Assembly: GCA_965199855.1 (NCBI GenBank)
Contig: OZ241326.1
Location: forward strand, 2,784,001 to 2,848,000
Origin: a bacterium
GTDB lineage: Bacteria; UBA8248
DNA length: 64,000 bases
Direction: 5' to 3'
The position numbers and the translations under genes were made by a program. How positions within the stretch are numbered: position 1 is the stretch's first letter; each line of letters opens with the position of its first letter. Below, piece by piece: positions 1 to 9,283 of the stretch. The notes under the pieces are model-generated. The model was not told the DNA's origin. It did no database searches and was given only the letters and a program-made list of their open reading frames with translations.

Positions 1-885
1 TACAAGTTCCTCTACGGCGCGAAGGGTGCAGTCGCGCCACGCCGTCTCCTCCACGCCCCGGGCGAGTTCCAGCACCTGGAACAGGCGAAAGTGCGGGTCT
101 TCGCGCGGTCGAAACCGCAGAATCTTCTGGCCCCTTTGCCCGATGACGATTCTCCCCCTCTCCGTCATGATGTCCGCATCAACGAGGATGTGCCTTATGT
201 CGGGCACGTGGAGAAACGCGGCCAATATCCCCTGCCCGAAAATGACCTCGAAATCCGCGCCCGGGTCCTCGCTCCCGCCGCCGAAGACCCTCAGGAGACG
301 CGCTTCTTTCGGCTCTCCGAAAAACCAGCGCAGCAGATCGATGTAGTGGGAGGCGTTTCCCAGCAGGCCTTTCACGTAGTGAACCGTAACGCGGATGACC
401 GAGCCGTGAACGCCGCCGGCGAGTTCATCCCTCAGCTGACGAAGAGTCGGATTCCACCTTCTGAAGTAGTTGACCGCCACGGGCCGCGCCCCCGCGACGC
501 GAATCGACTCGCGCGCGTCCGCGGATGAGCGGGCGACCGGCTTTTCGAGAAAAACCGCTTTGGCGTCCGCGCCGCAGGCCGCGCGCAAAGCGTCGAGATG
601 ACGCTCCACGGGCAGGCAGATGCTCACGATGTCGGGACGCTCCCGATCGAGCATCCGGCGGTAGTCCGCATACAAGCCGTCCACGCGCCACCGACGACCG
701 AAGGCCGCCAGAGCCTCGGCGTCCAGATCCGCAGCCGAAACAAGATCGACATCAGGGCAGGCCGCATACGCTCCCGCGTGCGTAGCCGTCCACTTCCCTT
801 CGGAGAACTCGTCGTATCGGGAGGCGACGCCGCCGCAGCCGATGACGACCGCCCTATATCTGGCTTTGCCGCTGTTCAAAGACAC
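1..885 (-). CDS. Gfo/Idh/MocA family NAD(P)-dependent oxidoreductase (3' end runs off the window)
   Basis: Not in the ORF track. Manual translation gives YRAVVIGCGGVA (Rossmann GxGxxA), PDIVSICLP, VFLEKPVA (EKP motif), VNYFRRW and NASHYIDLLRW. Start is GTG 885 or TTG 879, overlapping the upstream gene. Confidence 0.85.
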   Translation of the reverse strand, partial: MSLNSGKARYRAVVIGCGGVASRYDEFSEGKWTATHAGAYAACPDVDLVSAADLDAEALAAFGRRWRVDGLYADYRRMLDRERPDIVSICLPVERHLDALRAACGADAKAVFLEKPVARSSADARESIRVAGARPVAVNYFRRWNPTLRQLRDELAGGVHGSVIRVTVHYVKGLLGNASHYIDLLRWFFGEPKEARLLRVFGGGSEDPGADFEVIFGQGILAAFLHVPDIRHILVDADIMTERGRIVIGQRGQKILRFRPREDPHFRLFQVLELARGVEETAWRDCTLRAVEELV

Positions 886-1645
886 GCTGCTGAACAACCT
901 GACGATTGATGTCGAGAAGACCCGGCTCCGCGTCCAGGAGCTCCATCACGCTGAACAGCGAGAAGCAAGGGTCGCCGGGATAAAGACGGGCGTAAATCTC
1001 GCGGATCAGCGCAAAGTCCTCCGGGTTGTCCACGGTGAGGCGAACCTCCGGCCTGCGGCATTCCACCCAACGCCCCACGGCCTCGAAAGCCCTCAGCCTG
1101 AATCGCTCCGGACGCTCGAAGATATACGAGGTGACATGTTCGCGATCGAGGGGGTCGTCCGTCCACCCGGCCACCCGCCGCAAAAGCGCGGTGGAGAAAA
1201 TCTCAACGCCCGTTCCGACGGGAAACGTTGACTCCTTCCGCCACGCGGCGCTGTGGCGCATCGCGGTATTCGCCACATAATCCGATTCGCCCTCGAGATA
1301 CGCCTCCACCATCTCGTCAATCAAAAGCGGCTCCGCGAGAGGAGCGTCCCCGCCCAGCTCGACAATCACGTCCCCGCTCCAGGCCTCGGCCGCCCGGAGA
1401 ACCCGCTCCAGAACGTCCCGCTCGCTGCCCCGGAAGCAACCCAGGGCGCTCTCTTCGGCCATTCGCTCGATGGGATCGTCGAGCGGATTCGTCGTAGTGG
1501 CGATGACGACCTCGTCCACGCGCCTCGCCCGCCGCACCCTCTCCGCCATCCGCGTCAGCATCGGCTTCCCGCACAGATCCAGAAGCACTTTCCCCGGCAA
1601 CCGGGAGGAGCTCGTTCTGGCTTCGATGATCGCGACGATTTTCAC
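854..1645 (-). CDS. SpsF/cytidylyltransferase family protein (CMP-nonulosonate synthetase-like)
   Basis: ARTSSSRLPGKVL, FRGSERDVLERV, GDAPL, REHVT and RLTVDNPED motifs. Confidence 0.85.
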   Translation of the reverse strand: MKIVAIIEARTSSSRLPGKVLLDLCGKPMLTRMAERVRRARRVDEVVIATTTNPLDDPIERMAEESALGCFRGSERDVLERVLRAAEAWSGDVIVELGGDAPLAEPLLIDEMVEAYLEGESDYVANTAMRHSAAWRKESTFPVGTGVEIFSTALLRRVAGWTDDPLDREHVTSYIFERPERFRLRAFEAVGRWVECRRPEVRLTVDNPEDFALIREIYARLYPGDPCFSLFSVMELLDAEPGLLDINRQVVQQRVFEQRQSQI

Positions 1646-2241
1646 CCGCGCCCCTCTTTCCTCATGCTCTCCCAGTCGGCGCGAAATATCCCCAGCCGAT
1701 ATTCATCGACATAGCTCGATTCGCAGAAAAAACTCTCCTTGATCGTCGCCTCATGGAGGTATCCGTTCTTCTCGAAACTTCGCCTCGAACCCTCATTCGT
1801 CGCCCACATGCCCGCCGTAATCTTCCGAAGATTCAGCTTCTCGAAGCCGTGAGCGGTCATCAGGGCGATGGCCTCCGTCCCGACGCCTCTTCCCCGGCAG
1901 CGGGCCTCGCCGATGACGATGCTCATGTCCCCCGTTCGATGAATCCAGTCGATCTTGTGAATGCCGACAATCCCCACCAGGGAGCCTTCCTCGTATCCGC
2001 CCCCGCCGTAGGGGTCGGCCCCGGCGCGGCCCTCTCCTTCCTTCAGGACGACGCCGAGCTGCACGTCGCTTCGACTCCTCACGAGCGAATCGAATATCTC
2101 CCGCTGGCGCTCCTCGCTCACGGGGAACATTCCCTTGTTCATGTTCCGCGTGACTTCGGCGGAATTGAACCAGTCGCGCCAGACCGGGATATCTTCCGCC
2201 TTCAGCGCGCGAAGGCGCGTCTGATGACCGCTTCTAAACAT
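1642..2241 (-). CDS. GNAT (RimJ/RimL, PseH-like) N-acyltransferase
   Basis: RGRGVGTEA acyl-CoA motif, KLNLRKITAG, NEGSRRSFEKNGY. Start ATG 2241 (alternative 2265). Confidence 0.8.
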   Translation of the reverse strand: MFRSGHQTRLRALKAEDIPVWRDWFNSAEVTRNMNKGMFPVSEERQREIFDSLVRSRSDVQLGVVLKEGEGRAGADPYGGGGYEEGSLVGIVGIHKIDWIHRTGDMSIVIGEARCRGRGVGTEAIALMTAHGFEKLNLRKITAGMWATNEGSRRSFEKNGYLHEATIKESFFCESSYVDEYRLGIFRADWESMRKEGRG

Positions 2242-2277
2242 GGGCAGCCCCTCCGAGCTTCGCATGGGCGCCGCGAT

Positions 2278-3216
2278 TCACGGCTTCGGCCAGGCCCTGC
2301 AGTGCAGCAGATCGCCCACGCCCGCCTCCTGAAGCTTCAGCCGGTAAAAATCGTCCACTTCCTCGAGAATATCCCGAAAATCCCTCCCTTCGGGGGTTTC
2401 CGCCCTGAGCAATTCCCTCGGCAGATTCACGTTCGTGTATCCCGAAGCGCCCGAGTCGCCCTCTCCTGAATACAGCCATTTGAAATGATTCGTCATGGAG
2501 GCGGCGAGGCGCGGGACGCACTCGAAGCCGTATCCGCAGTCCGTCAAAAGCCTGCCCAGGCTCTTCTCCGTAAAGTAATAGAGGTGATATTCGCGGAAAT
2601 AAAAATCCCTGTAATTCGGCACGTCATAATAACTCGCAAGCGGATCCAGCCCGTGGGGAACGGCCAGGAAAAGAACAGACTCCGAATGGAGGAATCGCTT
2701 CAAATCCATCAGAAAATCCTTCACGCGCGGGACATGCTCCAGCGCGGCGTGCATCACGACGACGTCAAACGGCTGCCCTGCCTCGCAATCGCCGAGCGGC
2801 CTGTCCCACGCGGGAATGCCCGCTTCACGCAATTTTTGAACGTGCGCGGGCGTAAGCTCGACTCCCCGCACATGGGAGACCCTCTCCCGAATCGCCCGCA
2901 GAAACGATCCGTCCCCGCAGCCGACGTCCAGAACCCGGGACCCGCGATGCAAATACGGCTCGACCTCTCGCCTGTAAATTTCATGGTCGTTGAACTTGCT
3001 CCCTCCCCCCGACTGATCGGGAACGAAAACATAATCGTTCTCCGAATACCAGTCGTGGATCGCCTGCGCCTCGTCCCATGTCTCAAGAAACATGAGGCTA
3101 CAGAGGCTGCAAGAATACAGGCCGACGCTCGCCGGGCGGCTTACCTTGCCTCCTTTTACGGCATCTCGAACGAGCCGCGTCCGATCGGAGCCGCAAACGG
3201 GACAGCAACTCGTCAT
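2278..3216 (-). CDS. Class I SAM-dependent methyltransferase with N-terminal Cys-rich Zn motif
   Basis: CPVC...CSLC, VLDVGCGDG, HAALEHV, HLYYFT. Confidence 0.85.
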   Translation of the reverse strand: MTSCCPVCGSDRTRLVRDAVKGGKVSRPASVGLYSCSLCSLMFLETWDEAQAIHDWYSENDYVFVPDQSGGGSKFNDHEIYRREVEPYLHRGSRVLDVGCGDGSFLRAIRERVSHVRGVELTPAHVQKLREAGIPAWDRPLGDCEAGQPFDVVVMHAALEHVPRVKDFLMDLKRFLHSESVLFLAVPHGLDPLASYYDVPNYRDFYFREYHLYYFTEKSLGRLLTDCGYGFECVPRLAASMTNHFKWLYSGEGDSGASGYTNVNLPRELLRAETPEGRDFRDILEEVDDFYRLKLQEAGVGDLLHCRAWPKP

Positions 3217-4589
3217 TTCCGGGCGCCCTTATACGGCGCCAGCGGACGCCATGGCGGCATGAAGCCCTGTTCCTGGATATCTTCCGCCATCTTCAGCAGG
3301 GAGAGGTCGTCGTATCGCCGCGCGACAAGCTGCGCGCCGAAGGGCAAGCCGTCAGGACTCTCGAACGCGGGCGCGCTGAGCGCCGGGACGTGGCAAAGCG
3401 TCCACAGAAGGCAATTGTCCTTCTTGTCCCGGCCCATGATTCCCCTTGGCGCGCGCCCCGATGTCGAGAGGTTCAAAATCATGTCGAAATCCTCAAAAAA
3501 GCCGGAAAGGGCGGCCTTCAGGCTTTCCTGCCGCTTGAGAGCCTCCCAGTATTGCTCTGCGGTGATTCTTCGCCCCCGCTCCACCATCTCCAGGAAAACA
3601 TCGCTGAGTTGATCGCGGCGCGACTCGTATTCCTCGTTGAAATAGTAGGACAGCCCCTTGCTGTACAAGAGCGCGTGAACGTCATGGGCCTGGGAGAGCG
3701 CCGGCGGCAGCGGCGCTTCTCTCAATTCAACATCCCTGCATCGGGAGAGGCGGGACGCCAGCAGGCTGACGGCGTCCTTCGCATACGCTTCGGCGCGCTC
3801 CCAGCCCGGCCCCTTGACGAACGCCACCCTGTATGGCGGCCGCGCGCGGCTCGGCGACCAGTCGTCCAGGCTCTCCTTGACATAGGGATGGTTCGCTCCG
3901 CGCACCCGGGCGGATTCGAACGCCAGCCGAAGATCGGCGATGCTTCTCGCGAAAAAAGACACGTGGTCCAATGTGTCGAGAGTCTTCAGGATGCCCGTTC
4001 TGGGAACGACTCCGAAGGAGGGCTTGAATCCATACACTCCCGAATAACTCGCCGGCCGTATGGTGGAGCCCGCCGTCTGCGTGCCCACGGCGAGCGGAAC
4101 CATGCACGCGGCGACGGACGCGGCCGAGCCGCTGGACGAGGTGCCGGGAGAATAGTCCGGATGATGCGGGTTCACCGTAGGGCCGGGGTGATGGACGGCG
4201 AATTCGGCGGTGACGGTTTTTCCGAACATCAGCCCGCCTTCGCGCTTGAGGTGGGAAACGACCCGGGCGTCGTTGCCGGGCGTGAACCCCTCCCAGATGG
4301 GGCTCCCCATGCAGGTTGGAAAATCGACGGTGTTGATGACGTCCTTCACGCCGAAGGGCGCGCCCCAGAGGGAGCCGTCGAACGCGCCCGCCTCGATTCT
4401 CCGCTCTATTTCGCGGGCCCGGAGAATCAACGCCTCGCGATCGAAGCGCCGCCACGCGCGCAGGGAAGGCTCATGCCGCTCCACCTGCTCAATGCAGGAG
4501 AGGGTCCACTCGCCGACGCTCAGCTTCCCCTGCTTTATGAATTCAATCGCCTCGGTGGCGAGAAGCGAATTCGGATCCGCGCCGCTCAT
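3213..4589 (-). CDS. Amidase-signature family protein (GatA-like)
   Basis: GVKDVI (Lys), PGTSSSGS and GTQTAGSTIRPA (Ser-cisSer-Lys triad); GLPFGAQL. Confidence 0.9.
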   Translation of the reverse strand: MSGADPNSLLATEAIEFIKQGKLSVGEWTLSCIEQVERHEPSLRAWRRFDREALILRAREIERRIEAGAFDGSLWGAPFGVKDVINTVDFPTCMGSPIWEGFTPGNDARVVSHLKREGGLMFGKTVTAEFAVHHPGPTVNPHHPDYSPGTSSSGSAASVAACMVPLAVGTQTAGSTIRPASYSGVYGFKPSFGVVPRTGILKTLDTLDHVSFFARSIADLRLAFESARVRGANHPYVKESLDDWSPSRARPPYRVAFVKGPGWERAEAYAKDAVSLLASRLSRCRDVELREAPLPPALSQAHDVHALLYSKGLSYYFNEEYESRRDQLSDVFLEMVERGRRITAEQYWEALKRQESLKAALSGFFEDFDMILNLSTSGRAPRGIMGRDKKDNCLLWTLCHVPALSAPAFESPDGLPFGAQLVARRYDDLSLLKMAEDIQEQGFMPPWRPLAPYKGARK

Positions 4590-5734
4590 TGGGAGGCGGG
4601 GCCGGCTATCCCGACCTGATCAGGGCGAATTACCCTGGGCAGCTCCTTCGCCTGTCCTTCTCTCAGGCCTTCCAGGATGGTCAGAAACTCATCTTCGGTA
4701 TATCCGGTTATCCGCAGGTAATAATCGAGAGCGCCCGGCCGCTCCGAGTCAACTCTCGCGGCAAGCGCGAACGCCTCCTCGCGCGACATGATTCCGTTTC
4801 TCACGTCTATGCTCGCCTGGTCGGTCCCTCGCCCGAATCCCCGCTTCACCCATTTGGAATAATCGTGCACGCCCGCCATGCGGCATTCCACGCTTTTGTA
4901 TCCTTTATACGCTCCCTCCACCTTGTCTTCCCGCCACCCGTATTCTCGCTTTATGAATTCCACCTGCCGCTCCCCGTCCCAAAACAGATAATCGCCCAGA
5001 TGAATTCCCCGCATTCCGAGCTTGTCCAGTTCTTCCCTGGGGGGGATCAGGAAAGGAAGGAAATCGCGCTCGGCCAGCCCGATTTCCTCATCCACCATTT
5101 TTGACGAATCCACCTTCATCGAAACTTTCAGATACAGTGTCTCGTCATAGGGAATGGGATCGGCGTATGTTGACTTGCTCCCCATTTCAGCCGTCGATTC
5201 TCCCCAGACCAGAAGAGGAATCCGGTATTGCAACGCCACCTGCAGGGGGTAGGCTCCCACGCCCGCGTGGCAATGCCAGCAGGAGTCGCCAATCGCCGTC
5301 AGCGATTTGCGGGCGATTTTGTTGATCACCTCGCGATTCGGCGTGAACATGACGTGATCAACATTGAACTTCTCCAGGCAGTTCCGCAGATTCCACCAGC
5401 CGGTTTCCGTCCACCAGTTGTGGCTGAACGTGCACGCGAGAGGCCTCATGCCATAAACCCGCGTCAGGATATGAAGCTGAAAGCAGCTGTCCTTGCCGCC
5501 GCTTATGGGAACCAGACAGTCGTAATTGTCTCCCGAGCCGGCCTTCGCATTCTCCAGGATGCTCCTCAGCTGCTTCTCCCGCTCCGCCCAGTTGATGTGC
5601 ATCTTCATCTCGGAGCTGCGGCATGCCCTGCAAATTCCCAGCTCGTCGAAATCGATCCCCTCAGAGGTTTCCGGCATGCAGCAGCGCACGCAATACCGCA
5701 ACTCCTGAAAAGGCGCGTTTCCCGAAGCGGGCAT
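4586..5734 (-). CDS. N-acetyl sugar amidotransferase (WbuX/PseA-like, ATP pyrophosphatase fold)
   Basis: YCVRC, GICRAC, YDCLVPISGGKDS PP-loop, CWHCH, WGES, KRGFGRG. Confidence 0.9.
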   Translation of the reverse strand: MPASGNAPFQELRYCVRCCMPETSEGIDFDELGICRACRSSEMKMHINWAEREKQLRSILENAKAGSGDNYDCLVPISGGKDSCFQLHILTRVYGMRPLACTFSHNWWTETGWWNLRNCLEKFNVDHVMFTPNREVINKIARKSLTAIGDSCWHCHAGVGAYPLQVALQYRIPLLVWGESTAEMGSKSTYADPIPYDETLYLKVSMKVDSSKMVDEEIGLAERDFLPFLIPPREELDKLGMRGIHLGDYLFWDGERQVEFIKREYGWREDKVEGAYKGYKSVECRMAGVHDYSKWVKRGFGRGTDQASIDVRNGIMSREEAFALAARVDSERPGALDYYLRITGYTEDEFLTILEGLREGQAKELPRVIRPDQVGIAGPASQ

Positions 5735-5802
5735 CAGCCTGTCCCCTTCCCGGTCAACGCGAAATTGATGCTCTTTTTCATTCTCACCGAGATCCTCCGT
5801 CC

Positions 5803-7080
5803 TCAGAAAACCTGCGGAACCAAAGGCATGATTTGCCCCGCCTGCCGAAGCGCCATGACTTTCGAGTCCGGCCGCGCCGTCTCCAGGGCGCCGTCCACCG
5901 CCGCCTGTATGGACCCGGCCCAGCCGAACCCCATTCTGTCGGCCGCCTCCCGATCGATGTGGGGAGAAACCAATACGCCCTTCACGCGCCCGGAGATGAT
6001 TCTGCCGATGGCGACGAGCGTATAGGCCAGGAGCTTTTCCTGAAATTCCCCCGCTTCAACCGCCCGGTAGAGAGAATCGGGCTCCCGGAATCCGCAACGC
6101 TCGAAATTCGGAAATTGCGGAGAAACGCCCTCGCGGCAATCCGCGGCCAGGATGATGACTCCCCCGTCCCGGCAGACCACGTCCGCCGAGCATACCGCCT
6201 TGATGGCCTGGCGAAGATCGATGTCGGACGGCCAGGCTTCCGCCACGACGACGTCCGCCGCCGCGCCAACCGGCACGCCGTATAACTCCAGACAGCGCTC
6301 GCACCCCGCCCTGTGGGCCGATTCCACGTCTCCCGCGACGGCGTCATAGATTCTCTCGTCATCCATCATGATCGTGTTGACGATGAAGCGGACGCCGGCC
6401 TGGCGCGCGACGCGAACGCAGGCTTCTCTCACCTTGTTGTCGAAATTGCCGAGGATCTCGCGCATTTCGTAATCCAGGGCGGCCCAATGGGTCGCCTCTA
6501 TCGTGGCCTCTCCGCAAATGCCGGGCATGACGCTCTTCGCCCCGCCGGAGAACCCCGCGGTCGCGTGGGGGATGATGCTGCCGACGGATACGAGGAAATC
6601 CACTTCCAGGACTTCCCGGTTCATCTGAACGTCGAACCCCAGGTCGCTGAATCCCAGCGAGGCCAGCCGCGAGGGGTTTTCCCATTCATGGTTCAGAATG
6701 CGGAACCGCGAGACCAGCGCATCGCCGAACTTGCGGCGCATCTCCGCATTCGTCATGGCGCGATGCGTCCCCAGGCCGATCAGAACGCGGACGGACGAAT
6801 CCGGGACGCCCGCCTCGGCGAGCTCCTCCAAGATGGGGGGGATCACGCGATGAAGAGGGGTGTGGCGCGTATTGTCGTCCGTGACGATCAAGACCCTCTT
6901 CGCGCCCCGGGCCGTCTCCCGCAGGGGCGGCGCGCCGATCGGGTTCCGAATTCGCCTTCGCAGGGCTTCGTCATCAAGGCCCTCGCCGTCCGGCGGCTCA
7001 GGGCCATAAACGCCCAGCAACCGCTCGTCCTCCACCTCGAAATCGCCGAACAGATCTTTCGTCAGGGATATTTTCGCCAT
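5803..7080 (-). CDS. larA: LarA family nickel-pincer-dependent alpha-hydroxy acid racemase/epimerase
   Basis: DDNTRHTP, GLGTHRAMT, IIPHATAGFSGGAKSVMPG, ATH and QAIKA conserved. ATG at 7080 overlaps the upstream TGA. Confidence 0.85.
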   Translation of the reverse strand: MAKISLTKDLFGDFEVEDERLLGVYGPEPPDGEGLDDEALRRRIRNPIGAPPLRETARGAKRVLIVTDDNTRHTPLHRVIPPILEELAEAGVPDSSVRVLIGLGTHRAMTNAEMRRKFGDALVSRFRILNHEWENPSRLASLGFSDLGFDVQMNREVLEVDFLVSVGSIIPHATAGFSGGAKSVMPGICGEATIEATHWAALDYEMREILGNFDNKVREACVRVARQAGVRFIVNTIMMDDERIYDAVAGDVESAHRAGCERCLELYGVPVGAAADVVVAEAWPSDIDLRQAIKAVCSADVVCRDGGVIILAADCREGVSPQFPNFERCGFREPDSLYRAVEAGEFQEKLLAYTLVAIGRIISGRVKGVLVSPHIDREAADRMGFGWAGSIQAAVDGALETARPDSKVMALRQAGQIMPLVPQVF

Positions 7081-8978
7081 CAGCGCGCTTCCGGCTCGCT
7101 TTTCCACAATCCCGAATCCGCCGAGGAGAACAGATCCACCCATTCCGAACGCCAGTTTCTGCTGCCTCGACAGTGGTGATGCGCGAATTCATCAACGGCT
7201 TCCCGCGTGCGGCCGTCCTCCCACCACGAATCAACGTCAGGCCAGACGGCGTTCAGGTGCCTCGCCGCGCTCTCGGGCGAGGAGTGAAGAACGTTCACGT
7301 CGGCCAGTTTTTCGACGTAGGATTTCGCATGGCGCGAGATGCGCCAGACGTTCTCGTTCCAGAAAAAGAGGGTCGGTATCCTCGCCGCTATCACGAATAG
7401 CGGCACCGATCCCGGCGCATCGAGAACGCAGACGCCGCATTGAGACAGCGCGCGCGCCAGCCGACCCGATATATGGCTTAGCAGTTTCCCGGACAAAATT
7501 TTCATTTCAGGATATCTTTTCTCCATATAGGCCCGGTCGTATCGATCGCTCGTTTGGTGTATATGCGGCCTATACCACAGGGCGGCGCGCGGCCCGTCCT
7601 TCAAATGTTCGATGAACCTTATCTTTTCCTTCATGCACCGGCTTAAGTCCTCAGGCATAAAATCCGTCTGCACCCATTTTGAATAGACGGGCAAGAAGGA
7701 ACTTATCATAATGATGGATGAGTTTCGCTTTTTGCGCCGCTTCATTTTTGAAAGGAGGGGAGAGGAAGCCGGGACGGCGGACGCTTCATAGTCGGATTGA
7801 CGCTCCCAGCCCCATGATACGAATCGATCAGCCACCTCGTAGTCCACGAGATTGTAAAAAGACGCCGTTTCGACCAGGCCAACCACTCCCCCGTGCTGAC
7901 TGCCAAGAAGCCTTACGGGGCGACTTTCCAAAAGGCCGGCCGCGTAGAACCTCCAAGGGTCATATTCGCCCGTCAAAAACCCGCTGATGAGCGCGTCCGT
8001 CCAGGACGCCGTCGCTTTTATCTTCCTCAGCGACCTTCTCTCGTTTTCCCGAAAGTCATCCGTGAACGCTTTGGGAATCGTCTCCTCGATCAATCCATCC
8101 AGCTCCCGCAGGAAAATCCCGGCTCCCTCGGCGTCCATGCCATGGAGCGATTTGATTTCTTCAATCGCTTCATCCCTTGTGAGGTTTTCATTTTTCGCCC
8201 CGCGCATTTTCTGAAACGATCTTGCCGCATCCCTCCAGCGCCTCCCGTTGCGAAGCCGGAGGCGGAGGGAAAGATACAGGCTGTCCAACAGGCCCAAACC
8301 GGAAACCCTCTGAAACTGGACATATCCCGGATTGGAGAAAAGGATGCTGGCCCAATGGTATATTTCCATTTTTCTTTGCGATTTCCTGAATCCGGCATGG
8401 TTGGCGTGGCCGTCCCGGACGAGCTTGTTTTTCTGAGCGTCCGCGGAAAAATACTTGTCCGGCGGGGCGGGCGCGCCGTCCCGCATCTCCCATCCCTTCG
8501 GATCATAGGCGCGCAGAAACCTGCTGAGGATAAGCCGATTCAACGGGTCGCCGAACATCATCATCAGATTAAAATGGGGCGTTGTGACGGGCGAAAAGGC
8601 CTCATCCCGGGGCGAGAGATACGCCAGATACGGAACGCCGCTCGACGCCCGATTTCTGATTCGCAGAAATCGCTCGAAAGAACACATGACCAGCCTGAAC
8701 AGCCATGGCATCATCAGTATTCGCCAATACCGATCGGAATAGGAGCGGCTGTGCCTCTCGTTTTGCCGGCGGCTCAACTGAAGAGCGTAAAACTCGCAGA
8801 CCTTCTCCAGACTCCTCGAAACGCGCCAGATATCCTCGCTTCTCAATGCCCGTCTGATTCCGTATTTTTCCCATTCCCACTCGAAAAACTGCTCGTCCAA
8901 AAGCGACCAAGGCCCCAGATGCTCAACTTCACGTCCGCTTTCGACAGGATCCATTTTCGTCAGAATCAGCTGCTTCAT
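7080..8978 (-). CDS. LIC12162-type putative surface-carbohydrate transferase
   Basis: C-terminal part of the 967-aa ORF, from MKQLILTK: HLGPWS, YWRILMMPWL, GSQHGG, FVSWGW, YRPH. The upstream part of that ORF crosses a tRNA and is spurious. Confidence 0.7.
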   Translation of the reverse strand: MKQLILTKMDPVESGREVEHLGPWSLLDEQFFEWEWEKYGIRRALRSEDIWRVSRSLEKVCEFYALQLSRRQNERHSRSYSDRYWRILMMPWLFRLVMCSFERFLRIRNRASSGVPYLAYLSPRDEAFSPVTTPHFNLMMMFGDPLNRLILSRFLRAYDPKGWEMRDGAPAPPDKYFSADAQKNKLVRDGHANHAGFRKSQRKMEIYHWASILFSNPGYVQFQRVSGLGLLDSLYLSLRLRLRNGRRWRDAARSFQKMRGAKNENLTRDEAIEEIKSLHGMDAEGAGIFLRELDGLIEETIPKAFTDDFRENERRSLRKIKATASWTDALISGFLTGEYDPWRFYAAGLLESRPVRLLGSQHGGVVGLVETASFYNLVDYEVADRFVSWGWERQSDYEASAVPASSPLLSKMKRRKKRNSSIIMISSFLPVYSKWVQTDFMPEDLSRCMKEKIRFIEHLKDGPRAALWYRPHIHQTSDRYDRAYMEKRYPEMKILSGKLLSHISGRLARALSQCGVCVLDAPGSVPLFVIAARIPTLFFWNENVWRISRHAKSYVEKLADVNVLHSSPESAARHLNAVWPDVDSWWEDGRTREAVDEFAHHHCRGSRNWRSEWVDLFSSADSGLWKSEPEAR

Positions 8979-9025
8979 TCGTCTCCGCCACATTCTATCA
9001 ATCGCCGTCGCGCGCGCCCTGCTCC

Positions 9026-9103
9026 TGGCGTCCCCAAGGGGATTCGAACCCCTGTTGCCGGCGTGAAAGGCCGGTGTCCTGGGCCAGGCTAGACGATGGG
9101 GAC
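9026..9103 (-). tRNA. tRNA-Glu (TTC)
   Basis: Minus strand GTCCCCATCGTCTAGCCTGGCCCAGGACACCGGCCTTTCACGCCGGCAACAGGGGTTCGAATCCCCTTGGGGACGCCA: acceptor stem, TTC anticodon, GGTTCGAATCC T-arm, encoded CCA. Confidence 0.97.
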
Positions 9104-9283
9104 GGGCGGGCGGCTCGTTGTCCGGGAGGCGCGGCGCCCCCGCTTCAAGGGGCGGCTTATACCAGTTTTCGGAGCGCGAAGCCATCCGGCCGGAGCGCTC
9201 AGGCGCGCAGGACGACGAGCGGCGCCCCGGCGATCGAACGCGCGCGCGCCCGGAATATCCCGCCCCGGCGCCGCGCGAAGGAG

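Noticed and set aside
3213-4589. Amidase as the missing gatA partner of gatC
   Set aside because: It has GTSSSGS/GTQTAGSTIRP rather than the GGSSGGS/GSDTGGSIRQP typical of GatA and lies inside the glycan cluster.
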